Source: Cyanophora paradoxa CCMP329
Taxonomy: Eukaryota > Plantae > Glaucophyta
Assembly: GCA_004431415.1 (NCBI GenBank)
Contig: QPMI01000029.1
Span: 248,001-312,000 of the forward strand
Direction of reading: 5' to 3'
Length of the DNA: 64,000 nucleotides
This document shows, piece after piece, positions 45,638-59,600 of this stretch. Numbering within the stretch: the first letter of the stretch is position 1; the number at the start of each line of letters is the position of its first letter. Below the pieces are notes generated by a model. That model was not told the origin of the DNA and made no database searches. It saw nothing but the letters and a program-made list of their open reading frames with translations. A program made the translations under genes and the position numbers.

Positions 45638-46732
45638 GCGCAGGACGCGCCCGCTGCCGGCGGCGCGACATCGACGACGTCGACGTTGACGTTGACGCTG
45701 GCGGAGGCGACGGCGGATCGGGAGGAGGGGGAGGAGGAGGAGCGGGCGCGGGAGGCGGTCGCCGAGGCAGGCCGCTCTGTCTTCATCCTTCAGGTGCGCG
45801 GCCGCCCGGCTCCACGTATATAATTATAAAGACACGGCCTCGCTTTTTACTCTTGATTATAATCAAGTTAAGCTTCCGGCTTCCGGTTAAGCTTGATTAT
45901 AATCAAGTTAAGCTTCCGGCCGCTCTGTCTTCATCCTCCAGGCGCGCGGCCGCGCGCTCGGCCCCATGTATATATAGCCACGGCGCCGGCCTCGCTTTTT
46001 ACACTTGATGAAAGCTTCCGGCTCGGCTGCCGGGCTTACTACCCTCGTGCACGCCGCTTAAGTTCTTGCACGCCGCCGACTGTGGGCCCGGCCCCGCTGA
46101 TCGGCTCGCGGCGGCTGCAGGCCGGCATCTCGGTCGCCGCGTCGGTCCACTTCGTGGCGTGGATCACGGCGGCTCGCTACGGGGCGGGCGCCTCGATCTG
46201 GCCCTTCCACCCGGCCGTCCTGCCCCAGGAAGACTTCGCCCGCACCGTCGGCGCCGCGGTCCTCTCCGCCGCGCTGGTCTGCCTCCTCGTCGCGGCCGTC
46301 CACTTCCGCCCCTCCCGCCGTGCGTTCGCGCGTGTCGACGTCGACGTCGTTGCATTGCGTGCCAACGAGAGAGCGTGTGTGTGTGCACGCGCAGGGCCTT
46401 GGCGGGCGAGTTCGGCGGAGGGGACCGGGGCGGGCCATGCGGAGCCACGGGCGCCCGCGGCCGGCGCCGGCCGCGACTCACTGGGCCGCCATCTCATCCT
46501 CTCGAACGCCGCCACTGTAGCGACCATGTACGTTTTTTAAAGCTCCGGCCAAATCAATTTATAGCGCACAGCTGTTGATCATGATAATCGGCGTTGAATA
46601 TTAATTCGATTAGATCCTGAATGCATTGCGCGTGTGCGCAGATACATCGCCGCGAACAGCATCGTCTACGGAGGCCTCGCCCGTCCGTGCAACGTCTTCT
46701 CCTACGCCTTCCCAGGCGCCTACGTCTCGTGA
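40896..46732 (+). CDS. Multi-pass membrane protein, multi-exon, unknown family (boundaries approximate)
   Basis: Repeated hydrophobic exons (WQYIAFVTACAPSCLMFCAYAALMF; VLLFLLTLCSSAFLQW; INLAFNALFFVLSFLFV; VGAAVLSAALVCLLVAAV) with GT/GC-AG flanks. Confidence 0.55.
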
Positions 46733-47152
46733 GGCGCGCGGCCCAACCGCCGCGGGTGCCGGTGCTTGCGGCCGGCGACCCATTTGCATGGGGATGCCTG
46801 TGGGCGCTCCGTACGCGTCGACGTCTTTAATTTATCTTGCCTTTTGCTTGCAATTGCGGCATTGCGGTGTGCAGTTTTCGTTTCTAGAGTGCAGAAAGCT
46901 TTTCGGCCCCAGGAAGCTTCTCATCCAACGGGGTTGAATTTGCTCCTGGGACTTATTCATTAGAGATCGCGGCCGCGGACTAGAACTCACACTAGCTAAA
47001 GCGCGGCAGAATACTAGTACCCGGACAGTCACTGCCCCATGCGTACGACTCCTTGTTCCCAGGCCTTAAAGGGCCCCTCACCATAGCCAGCATGCGCAGG
47101 TGAGAATATTATTAATAATTCAAATTAAGAATGTGGCACCAGGAATAGAGAG

Positions 47153-48658
47153 CTAGCTATAGAAGGGGTAGAAGGAAAACCAAGGGGTAGTGGACAAAGA
47201 AGTCAACGGCAAGCTGCAGCTGCCGGCCTCTACAGAACCGCTGAACATCGGTGCAGCTGCAGCTGGCCATGGTGGAGGGCAGTGGAGTGGAGGGCCATGC
47301 CCATATGCATGGGGCACTCTCTGCGTCTCAACGCCACCGCACGCGGCATGCATATGCGCATGCGCAGCTGCCGCCGCGACGGCCGGCTCCGATCGCGCCC
47401 ACGACGACGATGACGACGTCGACTGCGCATGCGGGACGTCGAGATACCCCGTTGCAATTGGGGATATGGATTCTGGGTTCGGGAGGTGTGCTGCGCATGC
47501 TGGCGCATATGCATATGTATGCGTATGTGCAAAGCTAGCGCTTGTACGAGTTGGCGACTCCGACGCGGGCGTCGAAGCGTGCGCGTCGACGTCGCCTGAT
47601 TTCGATGCTGCGTCCCGATCGCTGCCACTGCTTATGGCCGAACGCGACGCGCGCATGGCTGCTCGCTCCCTTGTCTTTTGGAGGCGTTGGGCGATCTCAG
47701 TGTGAGACGGCGTGCTCCGGCTTTCGCGGTTCGATCTCCGGCGTAGTGTCGAGTTCCACCTGCGCGGGTTAACGTTTGTCTGTTAGATAAGTATACGTGA
47801 AGAATTGGACCGAAATTAGCTATAGTCAAAGGCACTGATAGGCTCGAAAACAATCACCTGTTCTTTACAGAATTGTCGGACCTGCCTTTGATGAACCTGG
47901 CGATCTTTGACCAGCGATTCCCCATCCGCTTGTGCAGCTCGATCAGCAGCTCGTCCTGCTCGACGATTGTAAGCAATACGTATTCTGCTACAGAAGATCG
48001 GAACATCTCGAGATGGCTACCTCCTCTGCTGTCCAAGGTTCGTTCTTCAACTGGGGATCCAGCGCGTGCCTGCTTCAATGTCTTAGACGAGACTGTCTGC
48101 AGAATATCTGGAAGTTCTATTGGGGCTAACTCTTTTTCAACTGCTGAACACCCATGACCTGAAAGATGCAACTGCTTAATATAGCCAGCTGTACTCGCAG
48201 CTGTGATATAGCCACATGCGGGCCAAGCCATAATTATATGTATAATCAAGGGTTTAGCCTGTCGTTCTTGCGCGAATTCGTGGGAAGGGGTGCGCGCCAC
48301 CAACGTTCGCGGCACTGCTTCCCGGTCCGATTCGGAAGCTTGGACGCGATCAGTGTCCACTTCTTCATGCCGTGTTCCTTCACGAGAGCTACGAGCTTAT
48401 CTGCGATGGCAATTGCAAGCCACGATCAGTCGGAGTTGCAATTGGGTCGATCAGGAAGAGATCCAGATTGCAATCGCTGGCCGTGGGAAGTTCACCGTCC
48501 TCCTCTTGGCTCCATAGGCCGCTGGCGGCTCCGCCTGTACCTTTTGGCGATGGTGCGCATGTACTCGAGCCGCGATTCGCGCCAGGAGTGTTGTCGACGT
48601 CGCTGTCGACGTCGCTATCGCCGTCCGACGCGTACAATTCTCTCAGCCGCTTCGACAT
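47153..48658 (-). CDS. R2R3-MYB transcription factor
   Basis: GLWSQEED / LVKEHGMKKWTLIASKLPNRTGKQCRERW / EQDELLIELHKRMGNRWSKIARFIKGRSDNSVKNR / WNSTLRR. Confidence 0.9.
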
Positions 48659-49704
48659 ACGTATACTTTTAAGTTGAATAAAGTCTAATCATACGAAAAT
48701 TCCATATGCATGAACTGCGTCAAGTCGAATTCGGCGTGAGCTCGAGTGGGATATGTGTGTATGCTGGCATGGTCCCATGTATATAGGCATTTAATTTACA
48801 GGTGGGCATGGCTTGCAATTGTTTAGATGGACAATCGCATGGATATCGCTTGCGCGCACCGATACCGCTTGTGCCAAGCTATAGCTAAGCCTTGAAGCCG
48901 GTCAAGCGCTTTCCACTGCAGCTGGGTGCACGTGACTGGGACAGCGCTAGCTGGAGAGTCTGCCGCGCCGCTGCTCTAGATCTAGTAAAGTAGTACATGT
49001 AGTATACTATATATATGATGATAGCTAGTTGCCAGTTGGCACCGTGGCACCGTCACCACCGTGGCACTGCAGCGAGCCAGCGACGTGGCGCGCACTATAT
49101 AGCTAGTACTAGTACTGCGGCAGCCTCATGATCAGGGCCTGCACTGCGCATGCAGTGCCTGAGTAACACCGTACAACTTCCGTACCGTAGTAGTGTACTA
49201 CGCCGTGACCGTGACGGTACTTCCGTCGTTCGTACTACCGTAGTACCGTACTAGTACGTACTACGTATATACGTACTGGCACGGTACTGCTACGTATACT
49301 GCGGACCAGTCTGCGGTAGCTATATATACTATGATACTATGATAGTTGCTTGCCGCCGCGCAGTGCCGCAGTCCGTAGTACTTGCCGCGCGCAATATATA
49401 TATATATACGAGCTCTCAGGGAGTCCGACGGTCAGACTCGTCAGAGTCCGACGGTCTAGCCTAGTAGGGAGTCAGTAGGGACCGGACTCTAGGCGGCTAC
49501 GTATCATCATAACGTATGCCGCGGTACCGGACCTACCGGTATGCGCCGGCTAGGCGGCCTAGGCCCCGGGCCCCCGGGCCCCGGCCCGACTCAGAAGTCA
49601 GGAGTCTAGGCCTGCTAGGCCGCCGGGCCCCTCTTAGCCGAGTCTTAGGCTCTACCGGTAGGCTGCGGTAGCCTACTAGAGTTACTGTACATGTACATGT
49701 GGAT

Positions 49705-49960
49705 CCACAGAGTTAGGCGTGCACAAAGAAAGGCGCGGATAGACGAGTTCACCCATTCGTCTAACTTAATCCCCGTCCGACGGTCTAACTGTGCCTAAAA
49801 GGGGTATGCCATTGTAGCGCTTGTATGGAGCGAGTCCGAGCGACCAGCAGCTCGTCTATCTTTGTGAACGTCTATCGTGATGGGCATATGGCCTGGGTCA
49901 CACACATCATGGGTGGGCAAACCGTTGAACGTCTATGAAAAGCGACGCCTAACTTTGTGG
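49705..49960. mobile_element. MITE (256 bp) with 16-bp TIRs
   Basis: CCACAGAGTTAGGCGT versus ACGCCTAACTTTGTGG (15/16 inverted match). Repeated CGTCTA motifs and a GCTTGTATGGAGC core. TSD not clear. Confidence 0.65.
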
Positions 49961-50302
49961 CATGATGACTCAGTGACTCTCTGACAGTGAGCCGCTGAGC
50001 CAGCGCAGGCTGCGCAGCATCATGGCAGCATGGCATGCCATGAGGCCCATGATGGCCCGGCGCCGGCGCCGGCGCCGCGCCGCCGGCGCCGGCCCGCCGC
50101 CGGGCCGCCGGGCCGGCGCGCGGGCCCGCGGCCGGCGGACCGGCGGCGGCGAATTCGAACTTGAGTCACTTGACCCGGCCGCCGGCGGCCGGCCGGCCCG
50201 GGGCTCGAGCCGGCAATTTGAGCTCGAGCGCTAGCCCCGTGGCCACCTACCGCCGTTGCAGCGTTGCTACCGGTATCGTACCCGCCCGGTCCCCGCCGAA
50301 TC

Positions 50303-50948
50303 ATTTAAAAAAATGCAATTATTCCTGATTGGTTGCATTAGCAGCAGCCCATTGGTCCAAAGAAGTGCTTTGAACGCTGAAACGTTGATTATAGCATAAC
50401 GTTTCAAAACACTTGCCAATTGCAAGTTGACAAAACTTTAATTTGAATTCGAAACTTGAATCGAAAGCTTAAGGAGTTTGAAACGCGATTTGCAACGGCA
50501 GGCCCGGCCTACCGTCGCGGGCCGACTCGCGGCGCCGGCTTAAGCTTAAGCAGATGGTGAATTTTTAGTAGGCCTAGGTCAGTCTTCGCAAGGCTTTTTT
50601 ACGGCGGAGACGGTGCTACCCCTAAGAAATCTCGGCTTTAGCTCCGGCCTAGCTATAGTATAGCATGCGCAGGCGGGAAATATTTAGTATTGCGATCAAC
50701 TTGGCAAGCCTTGAAGTCAACTTCAAAAGCTAGTTATAATTACCGCCGCAACTTACCGGCAAGTCGGCGTCGAGTCGCCGTCGACTCGGCGACGACTCGC
50801 CGACGAGTCGTCGACGACTCGGCGACTCGGCGTTGAGTCGTTGACCGGGAACTTGACCCTCCTTCTAAAAAATAACGGTTCGGCGTTCAAAGCCCTTCGA
50901 CCAATGGGCTGCCGCCAATTCAACCAATAGTGAATTGTTGTTTTTAAA
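50303..50948. mobile_element. Old foldback/MITE-like element with ~80-bp diverged inverted repeats
   Basis: 50303-50390 matches the reverse complement of 50871-50948 (ATTGGTTG.ATT.GC.GCAGCCCATTGGTC...GCTTTGAACGC.GAA.CGTT). Confidence 0.55.
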
Positions 50949-52162
50949 AGCAAGTTTTAGAATGCAATTCATTATAAATAAATGATATAATTCAAGTTCA
51001 AGTTCCTGGCGCCAAGTTCAATGCCAAGCTTTAAGGTGCCGCGGGCCCGGGGCGGGCCGGGCCGGCCCGGCGGGCCGGGGGCCCGGCCGGGACTCGGGAG
51101 CCGGCGCCAGGCAGGGCCCCCGCCGGGCCGGCCGGCGGCCGGCGGCCGCCCCCCGGGCCGTAAAACGGCAGCCCTACCCCTGTGCCGGAGTCTGAGACTG
51201 TACCTGTCTGACTCGGAGACTCGGGCTCGCGATCGGAGGAGACTGTCCGACCACTAGTACGGCCGCGGTAGTAGTAGTATACGTAGTACGTATACCGGCA
51301 CTTGTACAATTGCCGTGGAGATAATTTGCCGAATTCGCCCGAAACCGGAATTGCCGAATCCAGATTTCAGCCTTTTCTCGAAGTTTTGTAGAACCTCGGC
51401 CATCGCGATCGCCTCATTCTAAATTCGCGACACAGGTTCGTCGCGATCGCCGTGCACGTGGCCCGCCGTCTGGAGGGCCCCCCGGGGCCCGAGGGCGGTG
51501 TGGTCATGATCATGATCAAGGGCGAGGTATACGTACCTGCCTAGATCACGGGCGGCTTCGTCGACATTTCCGTGCGGCCCCGCTTACGTATACGGAATTC
51601 GGGCGCAGCGACGTCGACAGCAAGCTGATCATGCTTCCGGCCGTACGCTTCTTGGATCATGTTGCTCGCAGGTTCTTGGCTTCCGCGTCATGATCAGCGG
51701 TCTTGCGGACGATAAGCCCATCATCATCATCATCGAGATTCCGCATCTAATCACGCAGGTGTCCATGAAGACGGTGCAGAAGTACACGTATCTAATCTTC
51801 TGGAACGAGCTCGAGACCTCGAATTCGAAGAGCTGGGAGCCGTGCCAGACAAATTAAAGCTGACGCCGAAGACCAACATGGGGGTGCGTAACTGCATATG
51901 TCACAAGTAATGTCACAATGTAACTGCAGTGGTCGCATTTATATTGCTAATGGTGCTTTCTATCACTCTACATGTACAGCTCGGCGACGCGGAAAATCCA
52001 GATCCCACCGCGAAAGACGCCGGAGACCTTTTCCAGCGCGAAGTTGCCGTGCGCATGCGCTCTTTATATTGCTGGCCATGGCTTGAACAACCAATGATCA
52101 AGTCAATCACGACGTGACTTCGAATTTATCTACACAGTATAAGTACTATAGCTAGTGCGTGA

Positions 52163-55100
52163 TCAAAGCTTCGTGCGCATTTGGCGGGCAGGGTTGGAGA
52201 AGTGGGCGATGGCGGCTATTTTCGCCGACTTCGATATGGACATGAGGGGGTGCGCGTGGCGGCTCGCGATCGCCGAGACGGAGGATGTGCGCGAGGCCGG
52301 CTGCGACTCCGACGCCGCCGAGGAGTGCGTGTAGGCGCGGCGCTGCAGCGGCAAGCGAAAGCGGCCCCGCGATGGCTCCGCCGGGTTCTGCGCCTGCAGC
52401 ATCTGTGCCGGTTGGAAATTAGGTGATTGTGGGTCACGACTTTCCTATTTATATTATATAAATATTGGTCGACATTAGTGGGGAAGAGGAATTAGTTGAT
52501 TGTGGGTCAGATCAGCCGGCTGCCTCGATCTCTTCCGTCGCACCTGCTGGTACACGCTGGCGCCGCCCCGCGCGACGAGCTCCGCGTGTGTGCCCATCTC
52601 GGCGACCAGCCCCTGCTTAATCACGACGATCTTGTCCGCCGTCGCGCACGTGTGCAGCCTGACGTGTGCAGCAAGTTGAGTGGTTCTAGAACTTAAAACC
52701 TAACCAGTTCTTACATATAAGCTTAAGTATGCATTCACCTATGCGTGACCTCAATGACGGTGCGGCCGTGCAGGTGGACAAGCCTCGTGATAATATCACA
52801 GACGAGCGCCTCCGCCATCGTGTCCAGGCCAGACGTCACCTCGTCTGGGCGCCCATGCAAAATCAACTGCAATCGCGACGTGCCTCCAGCACTAAATGTA
52901 ATTAAATTACAGAAACAACACTGACGCACCGAAAATGACGAGCGGAGCCTTGCTGACCAGAGCTCTCGCTGCTCAATCGCGCATGCCGTGGAAACGACGG
53001 AACGATCGGGCGGTATACATCGCGAGCCTCGTCAGAAAACGGACAAACCGAGGGCGATGCGCTTGAGCTATATATATCGATATATATCAAATTCGAAACC
53101 GCCGAGTGACGTGCCGCACACATCGGTCAGAACGCGATGTCGACACGCGCACGACACGGCACAAGCTACGAAGCTTGGGCATGCGATATATAAATGTATA
53201 CCTGGCCGCCGGATATAGACTTCTCGTCGATCTGCGAGTGGATTCCCCGCGGGAGCGCCGCCAGCATGGCTCGCAGGCCCAGCGCCTCCAGCGCCTCCTC
53301 CACCTGCAATTATAAAAGTCAGATTAAAGAGTTTCATGATTATACGGTTCAAAGCCCGAATTTGATTTAGGTCTGGGATGGACTCTAGATCTGAGGTATA
53401 TACCTCCGCGTCCGTCGCGTCCGCTCTCCCAACGCGCACATTCGCGGCCACCTGTCATTAATTATTAGGCGAAGGGAAAATGGTGGACGCCGTGAAAAAG
53501 AATGCAAAGTCAACTTAAAAATAAGCTTATTGGAATTACCGTGTCCGCGAAAATGAACGGGTCCTGTTTCACGTAGCAAATCTGATGCATGACAAGCCGT
53601 CGCCGTTCAGAACAGATATCGATCTGTGACGACGAACGATGCGAAATGGCGTCGCCAAACCATTTTGCGCCACTCCGACATGGAGATCTGGCCAACAGGT
53701 GTCCCTTTGAACAATACGACGCCCTCCGTCGGCTCCATTCCCCTCCGGATCAGCGTCAGCAACGTCGATTTGCCTGCGAAGATTAACGGGGCGGAGTGTA
53801 AGGAAATCGCGGTTGGGTAAGCGGGTGCGTTACTTGCCGTTTCCGCTCGGTCTGCTCATGATCAGTCATGATCTCAGAACGGTCACGCCACATGTACACA
53901 GTAATACTCAGTAATGAGAAGCTAAGGCAGGTTCGATTTGAGCGAGCACCCGACGATGCAGGTGCGCGTGGCCAGAGGGATGGAGAGAGTGATGCCGTGA
54001 AGCGTGTCCCCCGCGGTGGAGAGGACCGGCTTGTGGCGGAACCGAACGCCGTGCAGCTGAATGCAGTTTCGCGCGTCGTCCAAAGGCGCCTGCGCATGCG
54101 TACGCGCGTCCTCACGCTTCTTATGTTGTGTTATTAGACGAGACATGTCAACTGCTGTGCACACAAAATGTAATCACCGGCACTGGCGCGTTGAAGGAGG
54201 CGTATTCGAAGCCATCGTCCAGGTCGGCTGCGCGGATCCCGGCTCCGTGGCCGGGCGTCGCCTTCAGGTCAACCTCCTCGGGGGACTAACGGCGTCGATG
54301 TTGTCGCGACAAAGAGCGCATGCGCAGTGAGACGCCAGAGAACAGCGCAGTCGCGATTCCGCGAAATTTGGACCATCTCTTCGCAATTTTAAGGGCTCGT
54401 TTGCTTTAAATTGCTGGCGAGGTACGCCTGAATCATCTGAGTTTATATATATAGCTACTTATACTTTGATTTATAGCTAATAAAATGACGATCTCGACTT
54501 GCCGCACCGACTTGACGAGCATGAGGCGATTGAAGGGGACCGAGATCTGATTATAATTATAAATGACGCAGGGTGAGGAAGCGTTAAAAAAGTTTATGGG
54601 CTAGCGCATTCGAGATCTAGACTGATTGTAATGTCCGTGGGGTGCATAGTACAACGTGGCACAACAAAATGGGCGGAGATTCAGCCCGCACCTGGATGAC
54701 GCAGGGGAAAACCGCGCTGAAGTACCACGTCAGCTCGGGGATCCGCGAGGCAGACGTGTAGATCATGATGGCCTGCATGCGCATGCATGCTCGCATGTAA
54801 GTGAGGTCGAGAGGAGAACCGTAAAAACCTAGCGCTAGCCAGATATGGGGCAGATATATAGAAGGTAGCGCCGCACGTCTCCGGGCTGGAGAGCCCCATC
54901 AGGGCGGCTCAGGTAGGACCCGACAGCCAGGAGCCCCGCCTGCAAAACACAAATGCATACGTATTAATTGGCTCACGAGCGGTGCCGGCTCGAATTGAAG
55001 ACAAGCTCAATTATAATATATAAAGCTCAAGTACCAAGAGAAGGTAGTTGCACGTCATCATCAGATTCGTCGAGCCGGAAGAAAAGCGCTCGTGGAGCTG

Positions 55101-56700
55101 AAATGGATGCGTACAACGAGCTTAGAAGTACAAGCGAATCAGTGCTGATATATATCGATCTAGAAAAAGCTAAGCTTTGGTAGAATTAATATCATATTCG
55201 TGGACCTCGAAAGCCTTGTGGAGCTGCCTCGAGACGCGGTCAAACTCGGCCCGCGGCTTGCGGTACCCAAAGCCCTTGATCGCGGTACCCCCCTCGATTC
55301 GTTTGAATTTGTTATAATTATATATATCCTATATGAAGCTAGCTTTCAATAGATAGCTTTCAATCGTTTAGAAGCGTATTTGGTTGTTTCTGTAAGCGTA
55401 TTGTTCTAGTTGTATATTGACTCAGAGTTGCAATTATATATATATATATATATATATTCACTTGGGCGCGGATGATTTCGGTGACGTTCCCGACGAGGCG
55501 GTCGTAGACCGCTCTCGGTGCGGGCGTAGAGTGGCTTGTTCAAGAGAAAGAAGCAGACGATGACGGCGAGCACCACGACGGAGATGCTGGCAAAATCAGA
55601 ATCGATATCGATAAAATTAAAGATGCGCAACGTAGAGAGCTTTAAATAGCGTTAACGTTGAGCCTACATGGGGTCTCCGTAGAAGATCGTTCCAAAAGCG
55701 CACAGCATTCCGATGATGCAATCCATAGAATCGTTGAACGACCTTCGAGACGGATCAGCTCAATTGCAAGACGATCGCGAGTTCAACGGATCCGGATCGA
55801 GCTCGAGTGCCCAGAAGATTAATTATATAATGAACGACCCAAGTCCGTTCAGCCGACGATCGCGCGGCCTGCAGCTGATCATGACACGCGTACGCGCGCA
55901 TTCACCTGATCACGTTGAACACGATCACTTGATCCGAAGTGAACATGTTGATTAGGGTGCTCTCGTCGTGCCTGGCGCGGCCGCGGGTGAAACGAGTTCG
56001 GGCTCGACTCGATCTAGATCTAAGGACAACAAGAAATTTTATCAGTTGAAAGCTTAAATATAAGGACTCACGTCGCATAGAACTGCTCCGGCGCCCGGTT
56101 CATGTGGTTCATCAGATCCCTCCGGAGCGCGAACAGCACGTTCGAAACGATCTGGAATTTGGAATGGGTAAGTGACGGATACCGAGTTATAATTAGGGGT
56201 CCGTTTCGAAGACGCGTCTGGGAAATTTGTTTGTCACGGCGTACCCTGGCGTCGATGAAGTTTTGCACGGCGCGGCCGCAGACGGTCATCGCGGATCCGG
56301 CGGCGAGCATTGCTATGACCTTCTCGAAGGACGCCTGCTCCGATATCTGCACGGCCCGACCGGGGTCGATCGCTCATTCGGTCATGCACTTGCGTATACA
56401 CGGATGGACTGGGAAACAAACCTGATCGACAGCCAAGCTGAAGATAATCTGCCCGATGGATGTCGATCGATTAATGGATATGTAACCATTGGACATCGGT
56501 AAAATTAACAATGCATGGAAAAGAATTCGAATAGAGCATATATATATATATAACGCGTTAACTTGAAAGCCGCGCACCGTGGAGCCGTTGACCATGCACA
56601 TGACGAGAAAGAGGAGGACGGACCAGAGGCCCCCGTAGCGCCACAGGACCGCCGCCGACCTCCCCACCGCGGCCAGAAGACCTGCACAAATCGAACGCAC
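52163..56700 (-). CDS. ABCB-type half transporter (TMD-NBD), divergent, multi-exon
   Basis: TMD LRRDLMNHMNRAPEQFY. NBD IQLHGVRF...LHGITLSIP...IVG, GKSTLL, YVKQDPFIF, VAANVRVG, LKRIAL, DEVTSGLD, VTHR, ADKIVVIKQGLVAEMGTHAEL. Confidence 0.8.
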
Positions 56701-56739
56701 GCGTTCGCGCTTAGCTTTTCTTCGCTCAAGCGACGTCTA

Positions 56740-59600
56740 CCCGCACTTGGACGCACCGGTCTTGAGCTGCAGGGTGCGCTCGATGTGCTCGGCCCAGATG
56801 CGCGCGACGAGCTTGTCGGGTGGGGTCGGGCTCCCGCGGCCGGCGGCCCCCGCCAGGAGCGAGGCGAGGGCGCGGGCGCCCTGGCTCACGACCGCCACCG
56901 CCGCGGAGGAGGCGGAGGCGGAGGGCCCCGGGGCCTCGAGCTCCCAGCAGAAGCTGAAGAGCCGCGCCCCGAACCTGCGTATGCCGCGCGGAATATAAGG
57001 CCCGGCGGCCAAGACTTAACATCGCACGTTACATGAAGCTATCAACGAGATCGAGGCGCAGACAGCGATGTCGTACGTGCCCGCGGTGAAATGAAAGGAA
57101 TTATAATCGCCCCGTGCGCGTAGATCTAGCTATCAAATAGCTCGAGGCGCCGACATCGATATCGTGAGGAATTGAGATCGCCCCGTGGACCTACTTATAA
57201 TGAAGACCCCATGGATCAAATTGCAGGCCGCACCGGGCGAGGACGGCGTCGAGGAGCGCGGCCGCCGCCGCGTCGTAGGAGACGTCGGGCACGTCCGCCT
57301 CCCAAGCCGCGTCCCCGGGGCTGCGACCGCGGGTGGGGTTGAAATGGATTCGAATTTGAGGAGCAACAAATTCGGAAGGGCCGGTTTTTAATTGAAACGG
57401 GTCCAAGACCAGAGGCTGAAATACTATCGAACTAGAGCCTCGCCCCGCGTCAGATCAATTCAGAGCTGGGCAAAGTATCCCACCACTTCTTGACCTGCGC
57501 GACGAGAAATGCGGTGCTCCTGCGGGGGGACGCGAGCGCAGGCGGGCGGGCGGGCGCGACGTTCATGATCAGGCTTAAGCTTGCAATTGGGCCCGGCCTC
57601 TGGCCATGGCCGCCGGGCTTTAAATTTGCTTGTGTGCGCATGCGTACCTTCGCGGCGGGCCATGGCCAGGGGCCCCCTCACCATCCTCGTCGCCGTGCGA
57701 GTGGGCCCGCGACTTCGCCTCCCCGTCGACCTGCTCCAATCGCGATCGTCAATTATCTTGCACTCGTATCCTCCAAATCGGCCCTCGATTACGAGTTGGC
57801 AAGGCGCACCTCCTCGCCGTCGGCGTCCTCCTCCCCTTCGCTGCGGTCTCCGGTGGGGCCCATGACGTGCTCGAGCGCCGCCTCGTCGTCCTCGTCGTCG
57901 GGGAGCACGAGCCGCTTCACCGCCATCCCGATGTCGTACCTGCCCGAATATAAAGTTACATTTGTAAGAGCCCTAATTATAAATACAAGCAATGGCTTGC
58001 AATTGGTTTCCTAAGCAATATAACGTGATGATCGTATATTCATTATGATCGTTTAGTCATACATTACTTTATTCATCCATTAAAGCAATTGTTTATTCTT
58101 GATCGTGATGATTTATATTTAGGCTCTCGAATATCGCGGCGCGGGCTGCGCGCGTCTACTCACCTGGTAAACTCGCTGAGGAGCTGCTGGGCGCCGAGGC
58201 AGGCGGCGCCGCGGACGATCCAGAGGCGGGCGCCCCACCAGCGCCCGTCCCGCTCCTCCTCCTCCTCCGCCCCGCGGTCCCGGCCGCAGCCGCTCGAGCC
58301 CGCGATCGACGCCGGCCTGCGCGCGTTTAAGCGGAACTTCGAAATCAAACGCAGGAATTCGAAGGTTCAAGAGACGCAGAGAAGCGTGCTAGAACGCACG
58401 GAGCGGGGTCGAAGTCGTTCGGCATGCCGAAGAGGTACAGGGCGGCGATCTGTCGCTGGATCTCCCGCATGGTTGCCTCTCCCACGAGTCCGGCCCCGGC
58501 CCCGCCGCGCCCCCCGTCCTCGGCCTCGGCCGCCGCCGGTTCCTCCAGCGCCTGGAAACACAGGAAGCACGCGTACGTCGTCGCGGCCGAGGATGCGGGG
58601 GTGCCTGGGCCTGAAATGCATATATGTTAGCATGGGTTTGCTGAAGGTCGGGAGCTTGAAGATAAGATGTTATAATTATGCGCACTGGGCGCCGCCGTGA
58701 CCACCACGCTCGCCATACGGGTCTCCCCCGCGGGGCTCGACGTCGACGCCGAAGCGCAGAACCAGGCCGCCTGAAGAGACTCGTGCCCCGCGGCCGGCGC
58801 CGCGCCGGCGCCCAGCACGTCTTCCGGCAGCTCCCGCACCAGCTCCTGAAGTAAACGAGAATCTCAGATTAATTAGAGGCTCGAAGAAATCACGATTAAA
58901 ATTTAATTAAGACGTCGACGGACGAGGGCGGCGGAGAGGGTCCAGGGGCCTTTCTGGGAACCCAGGACGACCGTCACGGACTCCGGCCAGAGGCGCCGCG
59001 CCCTCTGAAGCTTCGGCGCCTGGCGAGTAAAAATTGGCAAAATAAAAGATTTGGCATAAACTATAATATAGGTCGCACCGCGGGGCCGCGAAGGGCGCGG
59101 CGGAGGGGCTCGACGTCGGCGAGCGCCGAGGCAAAGCGGGCGGCGAGGCGGCGGGCCCGCTCGTCGTGCGCGAGGCGGCCACCGTCCGTCTCGCGATCGA
59201 TGTCGATCACGCTGACCGCCGGCGCAGAGATTGCGGCCGGTGCCGCCGAGGCCGAAAACGCCGGCGGGAGCTCCGGATAAATATTTTGAGAAGGCGCCGA
59301 CGTGCACGTGGGCAAGGCGCCCGGCAGCAGCGGGGCGGCGTTTACGTGGAGGACTTGCGTGCCCGCCGATTCCGAGGGCTGCAGCAGGGGCGGCAGGCGC
59401 GACGGCTGCGCCCGAGAGGACGCCGCCGAATTCAAATTCGAAGCTGCAGCCGGGGCGCCCACGGCCACGGCCGTGCTGCAGCTGGCGGCCGACGCGAGCT
59501 GCGCCGAGGAGGCCGCGTGGAGGAACGAGGGGCGACCGTGCAGGGAGGCCGAGCCTTGCGTCCAGCGCCAAACCCTGCGCGCGCATTTGCATGTGCATGA
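56740..59600 (-). CDS. Multi-exon hypothetical coding region (separate gene or N-terminal extension of the ABC transporter)
   Basis: Codon-like GC-rich exons with splice sites, e.g. KLVARIWAEHIERTLQLK, VKKWWDTLPSSEL, RYDIGMAVKRLVLP. Confidence 0.4.

Noticed and set aside
20007-46578. Many long Arg/Pro/Gly-rich ORFs in the six-frame track
   Set aside because: Artefacts of very high GC: antisense or off-frame to spliced host genes.
51400-52117. Small plus-strand gene with a hydrophobic segment
   Set aside because: Fragments contain stops, and no coherent exon chain or family could be established.
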